Source: an uncultured Bacteroidia bacterium
GTDB lineage: Bacteria; Bacteroidota; Bacteroidia; Bacteroidales; Prolixibacteraceae
Assembly: GCA_903923905.1 (NCBI GenBank)
Contig: CAIXZH010000004.1
Span: 69,074-133,073 of the forward strand
Reading direction: 5' to 3'
Length of the DNA: 64,000 bases
Of this stretch, positions 54,248 through 64,000 are shown piece by piece (within the stretch, counting starts at the first letter, position 1; every line of letters begins with the position of its first letter). The position numbers and the translations under genes are program-made. The notes beneath the pieces are model-generated. The model saw nothing but the letters and a program-made list of their open reading frames with translations, did not search any database and had not been told where the DNA came from.

Positions 54248-56158
54248 ATGAATGAGAATGATGTGAATTTATTTCAAGAATTTCCCGCCGTATCCACGGA
54301 AACCTGGGAATCTCAAATCCGCACTGATCTTAAGGGTAAAGATTACGACAAGACATTAATCTGGACTACTAATGAAGGGATTAAAGTGCGTCCGTATTAT
54401 CGGGACGAAAATTTAAGCGGGCTCGAATTCGTTGATACCTTGCCGGGGCAATTCCCCTATGTGCGGGGAAATCACAAAACCGGGAATAACTGGTTGGTCC
54501 GGCAGGAAATTGACGTGGCCGATTTAGCCGAAGCGAACCGGAAAGCTTTGGAGGTGCTTTCAAAAGGCGTCACCTCTCTTGGATTTGTTTTTAAGACCTG
54601 CCAGGAGATTAGTGTGGACGATCTAAAGGTTCTTTGCAAAGGAATTGACCTTGAAAAAACAGAGGTTAATTTTGTGATGACCTGCAAAAAGCCTCCTTTA
54701 GTCAAGAGTCTGATTGCATTTCTGAAAGCGCAAAAGGCTGATCCTTCCAAAGTGAAGGGCTCTGTCAACCTCGATCCTGTTGGAGTCTTTACGTTAAAAG
54801 GAAAATTCTGCTCAAGTGAATCGGAGGCATTTATCCGCGCGAAAGATGTTATTGAGTCGGCTGCAGATTATCCCGGAATTCAAATTATTGGTGTGAATGG
54901 CCGGAATTTTAATAATGCAGGGGCCTCTATCGTGCAGGAATTGGGCTTCTCCCTGGCAATGGGAGCAGAGTATCTGACACGTTTGACTGACCTTGGATTA
55001 GATGCAGGTAAGGTTGCGCCCAGGATCCGTTTTAACTTTGGAGTTGGGGGAAACTATTTCATGGAAATAGCTAAGCTTCGTTCTGCCAGGATGTTATGGG
55101 CAAAGATAGTTCAGGCTTATCAACCTAAATGCGAATGTGACAACAAAAGCAGTGAAGGGTATTGCCTCTGTGCAAGTAAAATGCATATACATTCTGAGAC
55201 ATCTGTCTGGAATAAAACAATATACGATTCCTATGTAAATCTGCTTCGCACACAGACTGAAGCAATGTCGGCTACCTTAGGCGGTACGGATTCATTGACT
55301 ATAAATCCGTTTGATGTGGTTTACGAACAGCCCACCGAAATTGCTGAACGGATTGCACGGAACCAGCAGGCAATCCTTAAGGAGGAGGCTCATTTTGATA
55401 AGATTGCAGATCCTTCTGCCGGCTCCTATTATATTGAATCATTGACAGCTGCCGTTGCCGAACAGGCCTGGAGAATTTTCCTCGAAATTCAGGAAAAGGG
55501 GGGATATATTTCGGCTTTCCGTGACGGATTGGTGCAGTCACAAGTGAACGAAATGGCAGCAAGGCGCACCAAAGCCGTAGCCACCCGACGCGATAATGTC
55601 CTTGGCGTTAATCAGTTTCCGAATTATTCAGAACAGATCAGTGGCGCTTTAAACAGCCAGCTGTTTGAAGCGGTCGATCAGACCTCTAAAGAAGCTGAAG
55701 TTGAGACTATTAAGTTATACCGTAGTGCCCGTCAACTGGAGGCTCTCAGGTATTCTACCGATCGTTTTTCCGCTGGCAATAAGCGACCAAAGGCATTCAT
55801 GCTTACCATCGGGGACCTTGTATTCAGCAAAGCCCGGGCACAGTTTTCCTCAAATTTCTTTGCCGTTGCCGGCTATGAAGTGGTTGACAATAATGCTTTT
55901 GAATCGGTTGAAGCTGGTGTCAAGGCAGCCCTGGAAGCTTCTGCAGATATTGTGGTAATCTGTAGTTCAGATGATGAATATACCGGATTTGCTCCTCAGG
56001 TTTACAGTCAATTGAAAGGCAAAGCAATCTTTGTAGTTGCCGGGGCTCCGGCTTGTACAGAGGAACTCAAAGCGATCGGAATTGAGAATTTCATTAATGT
56101 GAAGACCAATTTACTGGAATCACTGACTGGTTATAATAATAAACTTGGGATAAAATAG
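54248..56158 (+). CDS. mutA: methylmalonyl-CoA mutase small (beta) subunit
   Basis: 636 aa. Mutase-fold blocks ([39 protein letters not shown]) but no DxHxxG B12 loop. Located directly upstream of the large subunit. Confidence 0.85.
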   Translation: MNENDVNLFQEFPAVSTETWESQIRTDLKGKDYDKTLIWTTNEGIKVRPYYRDENLSGLEFVDTLPGQFPYVRGNHKTGNNWLVRQEIDVADLAEANRKALEVLSKGVTSLGFVFKTCQEISVDDLKVLCKGIDLEKTEVNFVMTCKKPPLVKSLIAFLKAQKADPSKVKGSVNLDPVGVFTLKGKFCSSESEAFIRAKDVIESAADYPGIQIIGVNGRNFNNAGASIVQELGFSLAMGAEYLTRLTDLGLDAGKVAPRIRFNFGVGGNYFMEIAKLRSARMLWAKIVQAYQPKCECDNKSSEGYCLCASKMHIHSETSVWNKTIYDSYVNLLRTQTEAMSATLGGTDSLTINPFDVVYEQPTEIAERIARNQQAILKEEAHFDKIADPSAGSYYIESLTAAVAEQAWRIFLEIQEKGGYISAFRDGLVQSQVNEMAARRTKAVATRRDNVLGVNQFPNYSEQISGALNSQLFEAVDQTSKEAEVETIKLYRSARQLEALRYSTDRFSAGNKRPKAFMLTIGDLVFSKARAQFSSNFFAVAGYEVVDNNAFESVEAGVKAALEASADIVVICSSDDEYTGFAPQVYSQLKGKAIFVVAGAPACTEELKAIGIENFINVKTNLLESLTGYNNKLGIK

Positions 56159-56166
56159 GATCTGTT

Positions 56167-58323
56167 ATGAAACCTGATTTTAGAGAAATAAATATCACAA
56201 ATACCCCGAAACAGTGCTGTTCAGCAGCAGATTCGGGAAAGGAATGCGGAAGTGAAGAATTGTGGATGACCCCTGAATTAATTCTGGTCAAGAGTGTTTA
56301 TACCAAAGCGGATATCAAAGGTCTTGGACATCTCAATTATGCTGCTGGGATTGCACCATTTTTACGTGGACCTTACTCAACCATGTTCGTAACAAGACCC
56401 TGGACTATTCGTCAGTATGCCGGTTTTTCCACGGCAGAAGAGTCGAATGCATTCTACCGCCGCAATCTGGCTGCCGGACAGAAAGGGCTATCCGTTGCAT
56501 TTGACCTGGCCACCCATCGTGGATATGACTCGGATCATCCCCGTGTGGTAGGTGATGTTGGGAAAGCGGGTGTGGCTATTGATTCGATATTGGATATGAA
56601 AATCCTTTTTGACAATATTCCACTGAATAAAATGTCGGTTTCGATGACCATGAACGGGGCTGTTCTACCGGTCCTTGCCTTTTATATCGTAACTGCCCTG
56701 GAACAGGGCGCAAAACTTGAAGAGCTTGCAGGTACGATCCAGAACGATATTCTGAAAGAGTTCATGGTGCGTAATACCTATATCTATCCACCCGAATTCT
56801 CCATGAAGATCATCGCAGATATTTTTGAGTACACTTCGAAATATATGCCCAAATTTAACTCGATCTCAATTTCGGGTTATCACATGCAGGAAGCCGGAGC
56901 AACTGCTGATATTGAAATGGCATACACCCTGGCTGATGGTTTGGATTATATCCGGACAGGAATTAAAGCAGGGCTGACTGTCGATGCTTTTGCGCCCCGG
57001 TTATCTTTCTTCTGGGCTGTCGGGATGAACCATTTTATGGAGATTGCCAAGATGCGCGCAGCGCGTATGATCTGGGCAAAATTGGTCAAACAATTTAATC
57101 CCAAAAGTGCCAAGTCAATGGCATTAAGGACACACTCCCAAACCTCAGGCTGGTCACTGACCGAACAGGATCCTTACAACAATGTTGGTCGTACCTGTAT
57201 CGAAGCAATGGCGGCTGTTCTTGGGCATACCCAATCACTCCACACCAATGCACTTGATGAGGCGATTGCTCTTCCAACCGAGTTTTCAGCACGTATTGCC
57301 AGAAATACTCAGCTCTATATTCAACAGGAGACGGAAGTTTGCCGTTCTCTTGATCCTTGGGCCGGTTCTTACTACGTTGAGTCTTTAACCAACGACCTGG
57401 TCAAAAAAGCATGGGCCTTGATCGAAGAGGTTGAAGCTTTGGGCGGAATGTCAAAGGCTATTGAAACAGGAGTACCTAAAATGCGTATTGAAGAGGCAGC
57501 TGCCCGCACACAGGGACGTATTGATTCTGGAACACAGGCAATTATTGGCGTAAATAAATACCGGCTTGAAAAAGAGGATCCGATTGATATTCTGGATATC
57601 GATAATACGGCTGTTCGTCTTTCGCAGATTGAACGGTTGAATAAACTTCGGGCCGAACGCAATGAAGCCGAAGTGATAGAGGCTCTTGAAGCTATCACTA
57701 AATGTGCTGAGACTGGCGAAGGGAACTTGCTCGAACTGGCTATCATAGCTGCTCAAAAAAGAGCTTCTCTGGGTGAGATTTCCTCTGCCTGTGAGAAGAT
57801 TGCGGGACGTTATAAAGCAACCATTAGAACCATATCAGGCGTGTATTCATCAGAAGCTAAAAACGACAAAGATTTTGAACAGGCCATCGAGCTTGTCAAT
57901 AAGTTTGCTGAAAAGGAGGGACGTCAACCCCGGATTATGATTGCAAAGATGGGACAGGATGGTCATGACCGCGGCGCAAAAGTTGTGGCTACTGGTTATG
58001 CAGACCTTGGTTTTGATGTGGATATGGGTCCATTGTTCCAGACGCCCGCTGAAGCCGCCAAACAGGCTGTCGAAAACGATGTGCATGTATTGGGCGTCTC
58101 TTCACTAGCTGCCGGTCATAAGACCCTGATTCCATCCGTTATGGATGAATTGAAAAAGCTGGGACGTGAAGATATTATGGTAATTGCCGGAGGTGTAATC
58201 CCTGCCCAGGATTATCAGTTCCTTTATGACTCAGGCGTTGTGGCGATATTTGGTCCCGGGACCTCTGTTGCTGCTGCCGGCAGGAAGATCATGGAGATTC
58301 TGATTGCCGCACAGGAAGACTGA
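56167..58323 (+). CDS. mutB: methylmalonyl-CoA mutase large (alpha) subunit
   Basis: 718 aa. [34 protein letters not shown], and B12-binding [13 protein letters not shown]. Confidence 0.95.
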   Translation: MKPDFREINITNTPKQCCSAADSGKECGSEELWMTPELILVKSVYTKADIKGLGHLNYAAGIAPFLRGPYSTMFVTRPWTIRQYAGFSTAEESNAFYRRNLAAGQKGLSVAFDLATHRGYDSDHPRVVGDVGKAGVAIDSILDMKILFDNIPLNKMSVSMTMNGAVLPVLAFYIVTALEQGAKLEELAGTIQNDILKEFMVRNTYIYPPEFSMKIIADIFEYTSKYMPKFNSISISGYHMQEAGATADIEMAYTLADGLDYIRTGIKAGLTVDAFAPRLSFFWAVGMNHFMEIAKMRAARMIWAKLVKQFNPKSAKSMALRTHSQTSGWSLTEQDPYNNVGRTCIEAMAAVLGHTQSLHTNALDEAIALPTEFSARIARNTQLYIQQETEVCRSLDPWAGSYYVESLTNDLVKKAWALIEEVEALGGMSKAIETGVPKMRIEEAAARTQGRIDSGTQAIIGVNKYRLEKEDPIDILDIDNTAVRLSQIERLNKLRAERNEAEVIEALEAITKCAETGEGNLLELAIIAAQKRASLGEISSACEKIAGRYKATIRTISGVYSSEAKNDKDFEQAIELVNKFAEKEGRQPRIMIAKMGQDGHDRGAKVVATGYADLGFDVDMGPLFQTPAEAAKQAVENDVHVLGVSSLAAGHKTLIPSVMDELKKLGREDIMVIAGGVIPAQDYQFLYDSGVVAIFGPGTSVAAAGRKIMEILIAAQED

Positions 58324-58346
58324 TAAATAACTCAATTCATAAAAAT

Positions 58347-58390
58347 AGTGACCGGCTGACTTTCAAATCATGAATAGTTGGCTGGTCACT
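58347..58390. terminator. hairpin between convergent mutB and lipoprotein genes
   Basis: AGTGACCGGC (58347-58356) pairs with GCTGGTCACT (58381-58390), including one G:U pair. The loop is long and no strong T-tract follows. Confidence 0.4.
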
Positions 58391-58401
58391 TTAATTTGGT
58401 C

Positions 58402-59199
58402 TTAAACTTTGATCTTTTTCTCCAGAACAGAAATCATCTTTTCTGCTTCACTTTTAGTTCTGAAGGCTTTTGAGAGTTCAAAGGATTCCTTAATCGCTTT
58501 CTTGTCGTAGTCCTCGAGCCACATGATGTAGGATATTTTCCCCTTGAAAACGGCTTTGAGCTTTTTGTCCCAATTAGCAGCAATCATGGCAATTACAAGA
58601 TCTGCCTGAGTCCCTTTGTAAGTGACCTTCTCCCAGTTAGTGCCTCCAAAATCATTGTGATGATTATTGATATTGTCCAACGGAACTGAGTCTGTTTTAA
58701 CTGTAAGGCCTTCTTTTTCAATTCGTAATGATGTATGATTCAGCCATTGTTCTCCGTAGTAATTGCTTGCAAGGGTCAGATCCCCTTTTTCATTCAGATA
58801 AACCTGGACAAAAGAGCGGGACCAGCTTTTGTCAAATACCTGACGATTTGGGATATAGACCGTATATTTTTCAAATTCCCCTTTTTCCGGCTTGAAATCC
58901 CGGATAAGTGTCAAAATGGCGGTTTTGGCTGAGGTAAGTTTTTCGCGTTGATATGATAATTGAAAGGTATAGATCCGGTTAGTGATCCGGATCGCCTTAT
59001 TGAGCTCTGAACCGGCTTCAGGATAGAGCTTTGGAACTGAATCAAGATGCAGTAAGCAATTCACGGTGTCACCTTTTGCCAGAAGCGACTCCGAAATTCG
59101 GATCTTTTTCGATGCAAGCTCACTCTGGGATGGTCCGCAGGCTGATAGTACTGTCTGGAAAATTACCAATCCTCCAATAACGGATAAATTGAATTTCAT
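58402..59199 (-). CDS. hypothetical lipoprotein
   Basis: 265 aa with lipobox VLSAC at residues 17-21. No recognisable family. Confidence 0.6.
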   Translation of the reverse strand: MKFNLSVIGGLVIFQTVLSACGPSQSELASKKIRISESLLAKGDTVNCLLHLDSVPKLYPEAGSELNKAIRITNRIYTFQLSYQREKLTSAKTAILTLIRDFKPEKGEFEKYTVYIPNRQVFDKSWSRSFVQVYLNEKGDLTLASNYYGEQWLNHTSLRIEKEGLTVKTDSVPLDNINNHHNDFGGTNWEKVTYKGTQADLVIAMIAANWDKKLKAVFKGKISYIMWLEDYDKKAIKESFELSKAFRTKSEAEKMISVLEKKIKV

Positions 59200-59609
59200 T
59201 TTTAATGGTTCTGAGTTATTAATATTAATCTGTAATAAATGTGTTCCTGCACGATCGGATTTTGAAGACTTCAGTTCTATTATATTTCTCCATGAACCGA
59301 GTCAGGTACACATTGCCCCTTCTAACTATTGAATTTCTGGGTAAAGATATAAAAAAACTGAATTTTGGGATAGTCTTTCCTGACAGGATTACCGACAATC
59401 ATTCATTGTCAGTGATTTATAGCGATTTAAAATTGTGCATTTTTTTTCAGAATGAACTTGCCATTCTAAGAAATAGTTCTTTTCTTTGCAACGCTAAAAT
59501 AAAATAGCATTCGGTGTTATTTTTCCAATTTAAAAAATTGAATTGGTAGCTGATTAAAAAAAATAGTATTACTTTTACGACCCCAAACAGTGGGGAAATA
59601 TAATCAGAT

Positions 59610-59681
59610 GGTCTGTTCATCTAAGGGTTAGGATTCAAGATTTTCATTCTTGCCATAGGGGTTCGAATCCCCTACAGACTA
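59610..59681 (+). tRNA. tRNA-Glu (anticodon UUC)
   Basis: Hand-folded cloverleaf. Acceptor GGTCTGT/ACAGACT (G1:U72). D stem ATCT/GGAT with AAGGGTTA loop. Anticodon stem CAAGA/TCTTG with loop TT-TTC-AT. 4-nt variable loop. T arm AGGGG-TTCGAAT-CCCCT. Discriminator A. No encoded CCA. Confidence 0.85.
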
Positions 59682-59711
59682 CAAAATTTTAGAACAAGAA
59701 ATTTTTTAAAA

Positions 59712-59963
59712 ATGGCAAATCATAAATCGGCTATTAAAAGGGCTAAGCAGAGCGAAGTACGTCGTCTGCACAACAAATATTATTCAAAAACAACCCGTAA
59801 TGCGGTTCGTTTACTTCGTGAAACAACTGAGAAAGCAGCGGCAGCTGAGCTCTTCCCAAAGGTAGCTACGATGTTGGATAAGCTTGCAAAGCAGAATGTT
59901 ATTCATAAAAACAAAGCTTCCAACCTGAAATCAAGCCTCGCATTACACGTTAACAGCCTGTAG
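59712..59963 (+). CDS. rpsT: 30S ribosomal protein S20
   Basis: [22 protein letters not shown]...; 83-aa basic helical protein. Confidence 0.92.
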   Translation: MANHKSAIKRAKQSEVRRLHNKYYSKTTRNAVRLLRETTEKAAAAELFPKVATMLDKLAKQNVIHKNKASNLKSSLALHVNSL

Positions 59964-59988
59964 TTTCTGGTCATAAAATATTCTCAGA

Positions 59989-60018
59989 AGCTCATCCTTA
60001 ATCGGGTGGGCTTTTTTT
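59989..60018 (+). terminator. rho-independent terminator after rpsT
   Basis: AGCTCATCC / GGGTGGGCT 9-bp stem (two G:U pairs), 6-nt loop, then TTTTTTT. Confidence 0.7.
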
Positions 60019-60080
60019 GTTATTCTCCTTTTTATTTGGTAAATTTGGTTGATGCCGCCATTTAATTAAACCCACTGATC

Positions 60081-60776
60081 ATGGAAGCATACCAACGAAA
60101 GCCGATTAAGGATTGGGCGCTTGAAGATCGTCCTCGCGAGAAACTTTTATACAGGGGAATAGGATCTCTGACCGATGCCGAGCTAATTGCAGTGCTGATC
60201 GGGTCAGGGAATAACGAGGAGACAGCTGTTGAGCTTTCACGACGCATTATGGAGAATGTGAAGAATAATCTGAATGAACTGGGTAAGCTGAATATTGAAA
60301 ATCTAAAATCGTTCAGAGGCATTGGAGATGCCAAAGCGATCTCTATCCTTGCAGCGATGGAGCTGGGCAGGCGCAGAAACCATTCTTCCGCTCTTGAGAT
60401 GAATAAAATTACGGGAAGTAACGATGTTGCCAGTTACTTACGACCGCTGATTGGGGATCTTCCTCATGAGGAATTCTGGGCTCTTTTTCTGAACCGGCAA
60501 AATAAGGTCATCGATTCGCGGCGGCTCAGTCAGGGTGGTATTACCGGAACAGTTATTGATGTCCGCCTGGTACTTCAAATGGCGCTCGAAAAACATGCCA
60601 CTTCTCTTATTTTTGCCCATAACCACCCATCCGGAAATCTGGAAGCAAGTGAGGCTGACCGCAAAATAACCAAACAATTAAAGGAGGCCGGCATGATTAT
60701 GGATATTCCTTTACTCGACCATCTGATCATTACCCAGGGTGGTTATTTTAGTTTTGCAGACGAAGGGTTGCTCTGA
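60081..60776 (+). CDS. radC: RadC-family JAB/MPN domain protein
   Basis: PREKLLYRGIGSLTDAELIAVLIGSG, HhH region, and JAMM motif IFAHNHPSGNLEASEAD. Confidence 0.9.
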   Translation: MEAYQRKPIKDWALEDRPREKLLYRGIGSLTDAELIAVLIGSGNNEETAVELSRRIMENVKNNLNELGKLNIENLKSFRGIGDAKAISILAAMELGRRRNHSSALEMNKITGSNDVASYLRPLIGDLPHEEFWALFLNRQNKVIDSRRLSQGGITGTVIDVRLVLQMALEKHATSLIFAHNHPSGNLEASEADRKITKQLKEAGMIMDIPLLDHLIITQGGYFSFADEGLL

Positions 60777-60982
60777 AATAGGTTTTCAATTTAAGACAAA
60801 ACGAATTTTACTTTATTCATAAAATCAGGATATCTGCTGAATATTGGTCGATTTTTGAACGTCTAAGTCCTTACAGATTATTTCATCCGGGGTAAACATT
60901 TCAAAAATAAGTAGGGATAATGACGTTTGTCATGCGCTATTGTCCAGACCGGACGTGCTTATTTTCATTTGAAGAATTATTA

Positions 60983-60990
60983 TATCTTTG
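60983..60990 (+). promoter_or_regulatory. -7 promoter box TATCTTTG upstream of the ECF sigma gene
   Basis: Exact TAnnTTTG match, 23 nt upstream of the ATG at 61014. Argues against the ORF-track start at 60927. Confidence 0.45.
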
Positions 60991-61013
60991 CTTGTCCAAA
61001 CACTACCTTCTCG

Positions 61014-61601
61014 ATGACTGAAGATGAAAAATATTTACTTGACAAAATAAGGAAAGGTGATGAAGCCGCCTTTAAGGTCATCTATAACAGGTATGTCCCC
61101 CGGCTTTATTATTTTGTATATGAATACATTCCGCACCATGACCTGGTTGAGAATATTGTTCAGGATGCTTTAATGGTTCTTTGGGACAAAAGATCAAAAT
61201 TGGAAGAAAATACAAATATCGGAGCTTATCTTTTTACCGTTGCAAAAAATAACTGCCTTTACAAACTCAGGGACCAACGCTACAGGCAGAAACTATTCGA
61301 ATCTGATATTGACGAACCTGAATTAAAAGCGAACCTCGATGCTTTAAGTGTACTTGACACATCCCTGATCACGATGACTGAGATAGAAAGGATTATTGAA
61401 ACCACACTCAATCAATTGCCTCCTCAGTGTAAGACTGTTTTCACCCTTAGCCGGTTTGAGGAGAAGAAAAATAAAGAAATAGCAGAGGAACTTGGGATTT
61501 CAGTGAAAGCCGTTGAAGGGCATATATCTAAAGCATTAAAACTTTTCCGAAATTCACTAAAGGATTACCTGCCGATCATGGCTTTTTTATTTATGCACTA
61601 A
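61014..61601 (+). CDS. ECF-type RNA polymerase sigma-70 factor (Bacteroidota expansion family)
   Basis: Region 2 FKVIYNRYVPRLYYFVYEYI..DLVENIVQDALMVLW and region 4 PPQCKTVFTLSRFEEKKNKEIAEELGISVKAVEGHISKAL. Confidence 0.88.
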   Translation: MTEDEKYLLDKIRKGDEAAFKVIYNRYVPRLYYFVYEYIPHHDLVENIVQDALMVLWDKRSKLEENTNIGAYLFTVAKNNCLYKLRDQRYRQKLFESDIDEPELKANLDALSVLDTSLITMTEIERIIETTLNQLPPQCKTVFTLSRFEEKKNKEIAEELGISVKAVEGHISKALKLFRNSLKDYLPIMAFLFMH

Positions 61602-61724
61602 TGATAGATTGTTTTATTGATTCTTAAGCCCTATAAGTGAACTTTTTGGTTTAAGTTTGACAGTTTGGATAACCCTTTTTCATTTTTATTCATTATTGTC
61701 CGGGAAATGGCAATCAGTCTTAAC

Positions 61725-61976
61725 AGATTCTTCGCTACACTTTGTTTCGCTCAGTATGACAATTATTTAGATATTAGGAGGTTGTCTAAAAAGGCAAAAA
61801 ATAAACCGCAATGGTCGCAGAGGAATTTCGCAAAGGCCGCAAAGATTACTAAATCAATAATCTAACATTGCGTTCCTTGCGCCTTCTTGGCGCACTTTGC
61901 GGTTAAAATGGACTTTTTAGACGCCCTGCTCTCCAGTACCATAACTTGTTGTCATTCTGAGCGTAGCGAAGAATCT
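61725..61976. mobile_element. about 250-bp imperfect palindromic (MITE-like) element between the sigma and anti-sigma genes
   Basis: Outer arms: AGATTCTTCGCTAC[10-nt insert]GCTCAGTATGACAA (61725-61762) against TTGTCATTCTGAGCGTAGCGAAGAATCT (61949-61976), 27/28 complementary. Nested arms: GTCTAAAAAG (61784-61793)/CTTTTTAGAC (61913-61922) and AACCGCAA (61804-61811)/TTGCGGTT (61897-61904). No credible ORF. Confidence 0.55.
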
Positions 61977-62068
61977 TTGGTTTTTCTCCGGACAGTAGTG
62001 ATTTTTATTACAATAATTTCAAATCGCAGCTAGGGTAGATGACTATTCGTGCTTTATTATTATGACTT

Positions 62069-63250
62069 ATGAAACATACAGACGACATATTACAAATTGT
62101 GACAGGCAACCTTAAAGGAAGTCTTAAGAGCGATCTTATAACACAGATAAATAAGGATGATGAGTCCAGGGAGGAATACCGGAAAATCAAAAATGCCTGG
62201 GCACTGGCCTCTTCGACAAAGGAAATGTCTGAATATCAGGTTGAAAATCTGTACCTCAATTTCAAAAAGCAGCTTGCACGGAAACAAAAAACCTATCAGT
62301 TATTTAGTAGCTCGATTTTAAAATATGCAGCAATCCTGATAATGGCTTTATCTATTGGCTCAATTGGCTTTTGGGGCTATTATCAGAGTCAGAAGTCGAA
62401 TGTTTATACTTCAATAATCGAATCAAATTTTAATGGTAAGTTACAACTTCACCTTTCCAACGGAACCAGTGTTGATCTCGAAAAGGATGACTCAAAAATT
62501 GCTCTTGGCAGCGATCAAAAGATTACGATTAATAACGAAAAAGTGATCGACTTAACTAAGGGCGGCCAGGCTGATAATTTACAAATGAACGAGCTGGTTG
62601 TCCCTTTCGGGAAGAAATCTCAATTGACTCTTGAAGATGGAACTAAAGTATGGTTAAATGCGGGTAGCAGGATGGAATTTCCCACCAAATTCAAAGGTGG
62701 CAAACGGGAAGTGTTTTTACAAGGTGAAGGTTATTTCGAGGTGGCTCATAATGATAAAGTTCCGTTTTATGTGAATGCCGGTGAGATTTCAATTAAAGTC
62801 CTTGGAACCCGGTTTGATATTTCTGCATACATTTCGGATAAACTAATAGACGTTATTCTTTTGGAAGGAAGTGTAGCAATCAGAGAACAAACAGCGTTCC
62901 CATTTATGAAGGACCAATCTATTTTAAAACCTAATCAAAAAGCGAGTTATAACCGAAATGATGGTTCTATTATTGTACAAGACGAACCTAATGTAGCTTT
63001 TGCAATTGCCTGGACAGAAGGGTGGTTTAAATTCCATCGGCAGAGTATCGACGAAGTGTTTGACAAATTGCATCGGTATTACAATGTAGAGTTTGAATAT
63101 AACTCAGAATTCCCGAAAGAAGATTTGATATCCGGGAAACTATATCTTAAAGATTCGTTTGAACAGGTTATGTTGACGATGGAAGTTGTCGCTAAATTAA
63201 AATACAGGATTAATGGCAATAAAATCTTTGTTGAGAGAAAAAATCAATAA
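62069..63250 (+). CDS. FecR-family anti-sigma factor / transmembrane sensor
   Basis: 393 aa. N-terminal anti-sigma region, single TM (ILKYAAILIMALSIGSIGFWGY), FecR domain blocks LEDGTKVWLNAGS, VFLQGEGYFEV and VLGTRFDI. Confidence 0.88.
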   Translation: MKHTDDILQIVTGNLKGSLKSDLITQINKDDESREEYRKIKNAWALASSTKEMSEYQVENLYLNFKKQLARKQKTYQLFSSSILKYAAILIMALSIGSIGFWGYYQSQKSNVYTSIIESNFNGKLQLHLSNGTSVDLEKDDSKIALGSDQKITINNEKVIDLTKGGQADNLQMNELVVPFGKKSQLTLEDGTKVWLNAGSRMEFPTKFKGGKREVFLQGEGYFEVAHNDKVPFYVNAGEISIKVLGTRFDISAYISDKLIDVILLEGSVAIREQTAFPFMKDQSILKPNQKASYNRNDGSIIVQDEPNVAFAIAWTEGWFKFHRQSIDEVFDKLHRYYNVEFEYNSEFPKEDLISGKLYLKDSFEQVMLTMEVVAKLKYRINGNKIFVERKNQ

Positions 63251-63446
63251 GTTGCCATAAAACATTGAATATCCTTAAGCTAGCCTTACGATTTTTAGTT
63301 GCCAAATAAATATTAACTAACTAATTTAAAACAGAACTGCCTATGAGAAATAAGTTCCTATTTCAAAGTAAAAAGCCGGGAAGTCGGCTAACCTCCCAGC
63401 TTTAGAATACTATTAAAACAATGTTTAATAAAAAACAAACAAATGT

Positions 63447-64000
63447 ATGAAAAAAAAACGTAATGTGATGTCCATATACAAATTGGACACAAATGAAATT
63501 TTATTAAAAATGAAATTGTTAACCTTGCTGATGTTTATTGCGTTTGTGTCTGCTTCGGCGAGTAGCTACTCACAGGCAACAAAATTCAATTTAAACCTCA
63601 AAGCTGTTACTATCGGTGATGTTTTCCAGAAAATCGAGGAGAAGAGCGAATTTGTGATAATTTTTAATGAGAAAACGCTTGATGTCAACCGGAAAGTCGA
63701 TGTGGAAGTAACTGATGAACCAGTCGAAAAAATTCTGGATCAGATATTTAACGGAGACAAGGATGCCTACCGGATTTTGGATAGCCAGATCGCCATTTAT
63801 CCGAATGAAATAAAGAAATCAACTTCCATTTTCAAGGTAGAATCAAATATTGAAGAGCAAAAGAAAGATCTTTCAGGCACTATTAAAGACAGCAAAGGGC
63901 TCCCCTTACCCGGAGTAAGCGTTGTAGTGAAAGGCACTACTACAGGCACGGCTACAGATTCTAATGGAAAGTTCAGAATAGCAGTTCCAACAGAAGCCAA
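63447..64000 (+). CDS. SusC/RagA-type TonB-dependent receptor with N-terminal STN signalling domain (5' partial; runs off the window)
   Basis: Not in the ORF track because it has no stop. Hand translation from the ATG at 63447: MKKKRNVMSIYKLDTNEILLKMKLLTLLMFIAFVSASASSYSQ, then STN-like FNLNLKAVTIGDVFQKIEEKSEFVIIFNEKTLDVNRKVDVEV, then the carboxypeptidase-regulatory-like LSGTIKDSKGLPLPGVSVVVKGTTTGTATDSNGKFRI. Confidence 0.8.
   Translation, partial: MKKKRNVMSIYKLDTNEILLKMKLLTLLMFIAFVSASASSYSQATKFNLNLKAVTIGDVFQKIEEKSEFVIIFNEKTLDVNRKVDVEVTDEPVEKILDQIFNGDKDAYRILDSQIAIYPNEIKKSTSIFKVESNIEEQKKDLSGTIKDSKGLPLPGVSVVVKGTTTGTATDSNGKFRIAVPTEA

Noticed and set aside
59066-59507. Two 88-aa plus-strand ORFs (59066-59332 and 59241-59507) upstream of tRNA-Glu.
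   Set aside because: The first overlaps the lipoprotein gene start on the opposite strand. Both are AT-rich and low-complexity with no motifs. The region is treated as non-coding.
61665-61865. 66-aa plus-strand ORF between the sigma and anti-sigma genes.
   Set aside because: It lies inside the palindromic element with no promoter or start context. The frame is better explained by the repeat structure.
1-64000. Searched by eye for CRISPR arrays, rRNA genes, transposases, integrases, and known multi-gene defence systems beyond RM and TA.
   Set aside because: No regularly spaced 25-40-nt direct repeats, no rRNA-like conserved blocks, and no DDE, tyrosine- or serine-recombinase or Cas-like motifs were found in any ORF of the track.

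Overview
This 64-kb window looks like a Bacteroidota chromosome segment. The evidence is recurrent TAnnTTTG -7 promoter boxes, an ECF-sigma/FecR/STN-SusC trio, many signal-peptide or lipoprotein glycoside hydrolases, and a four-helix-bundle '23S IVS' gene. All calls come from reading the ORF track and the DNA by eye (motif recall); no database search was run.

Housekeeping genes: nuoN, pcm, rlmF, gcvP, ispE, rplU-rpmA, serS, kup, recX, prfB (programmed +1 frameshift, missed by the ORF track), acs, mutA-mutB, tRNA-Glu(UUC), rpsT, radC.

Accessory and notable content:
1. An MmeI-family single-chain Type IIL restriction-modification gene, followed by a ParE/RelE toxin-antitoxin pair.
2. A toxin-first HigB/HigA-like pair preceded by about 750 bp of ORF-free, AT-rich DNA.
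3. An 18-kb block of twelve co-directional minus-strand genes (20035-38095). It encodes GH38, two paralogous GH2-like enzymes, a GH127-like enzyme, an (alpha/alpha)6 enzyme, an MFS sugar porter, a PMI-domain protein, two archaeal-type cupin PGI-family proteins, a GntR-type regulator, a four-helix-bundle gene and a thymidylate-synthase-fold protein. It is flanked by Tat-exported Gfo/Idh/MocA and xylose-isomerase-like proteins.
4. The most unusual item: a two-gene module (49439-51924) encoding a bactofilin with a long acidic tail, then a ParM/Alp-like actin-fold protein. In the latter, the phosphate-1 hairpin appears to have moved from the N- to the C-terminus, an apparent circular permutation.
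5. A roughly 250-bp imperfect palindromic (MITE-like) element splitting an ECF sigma gene from its anti-sigma gene.

No CRISPR array, rRNA or recognisable transposase/integrase was seen.
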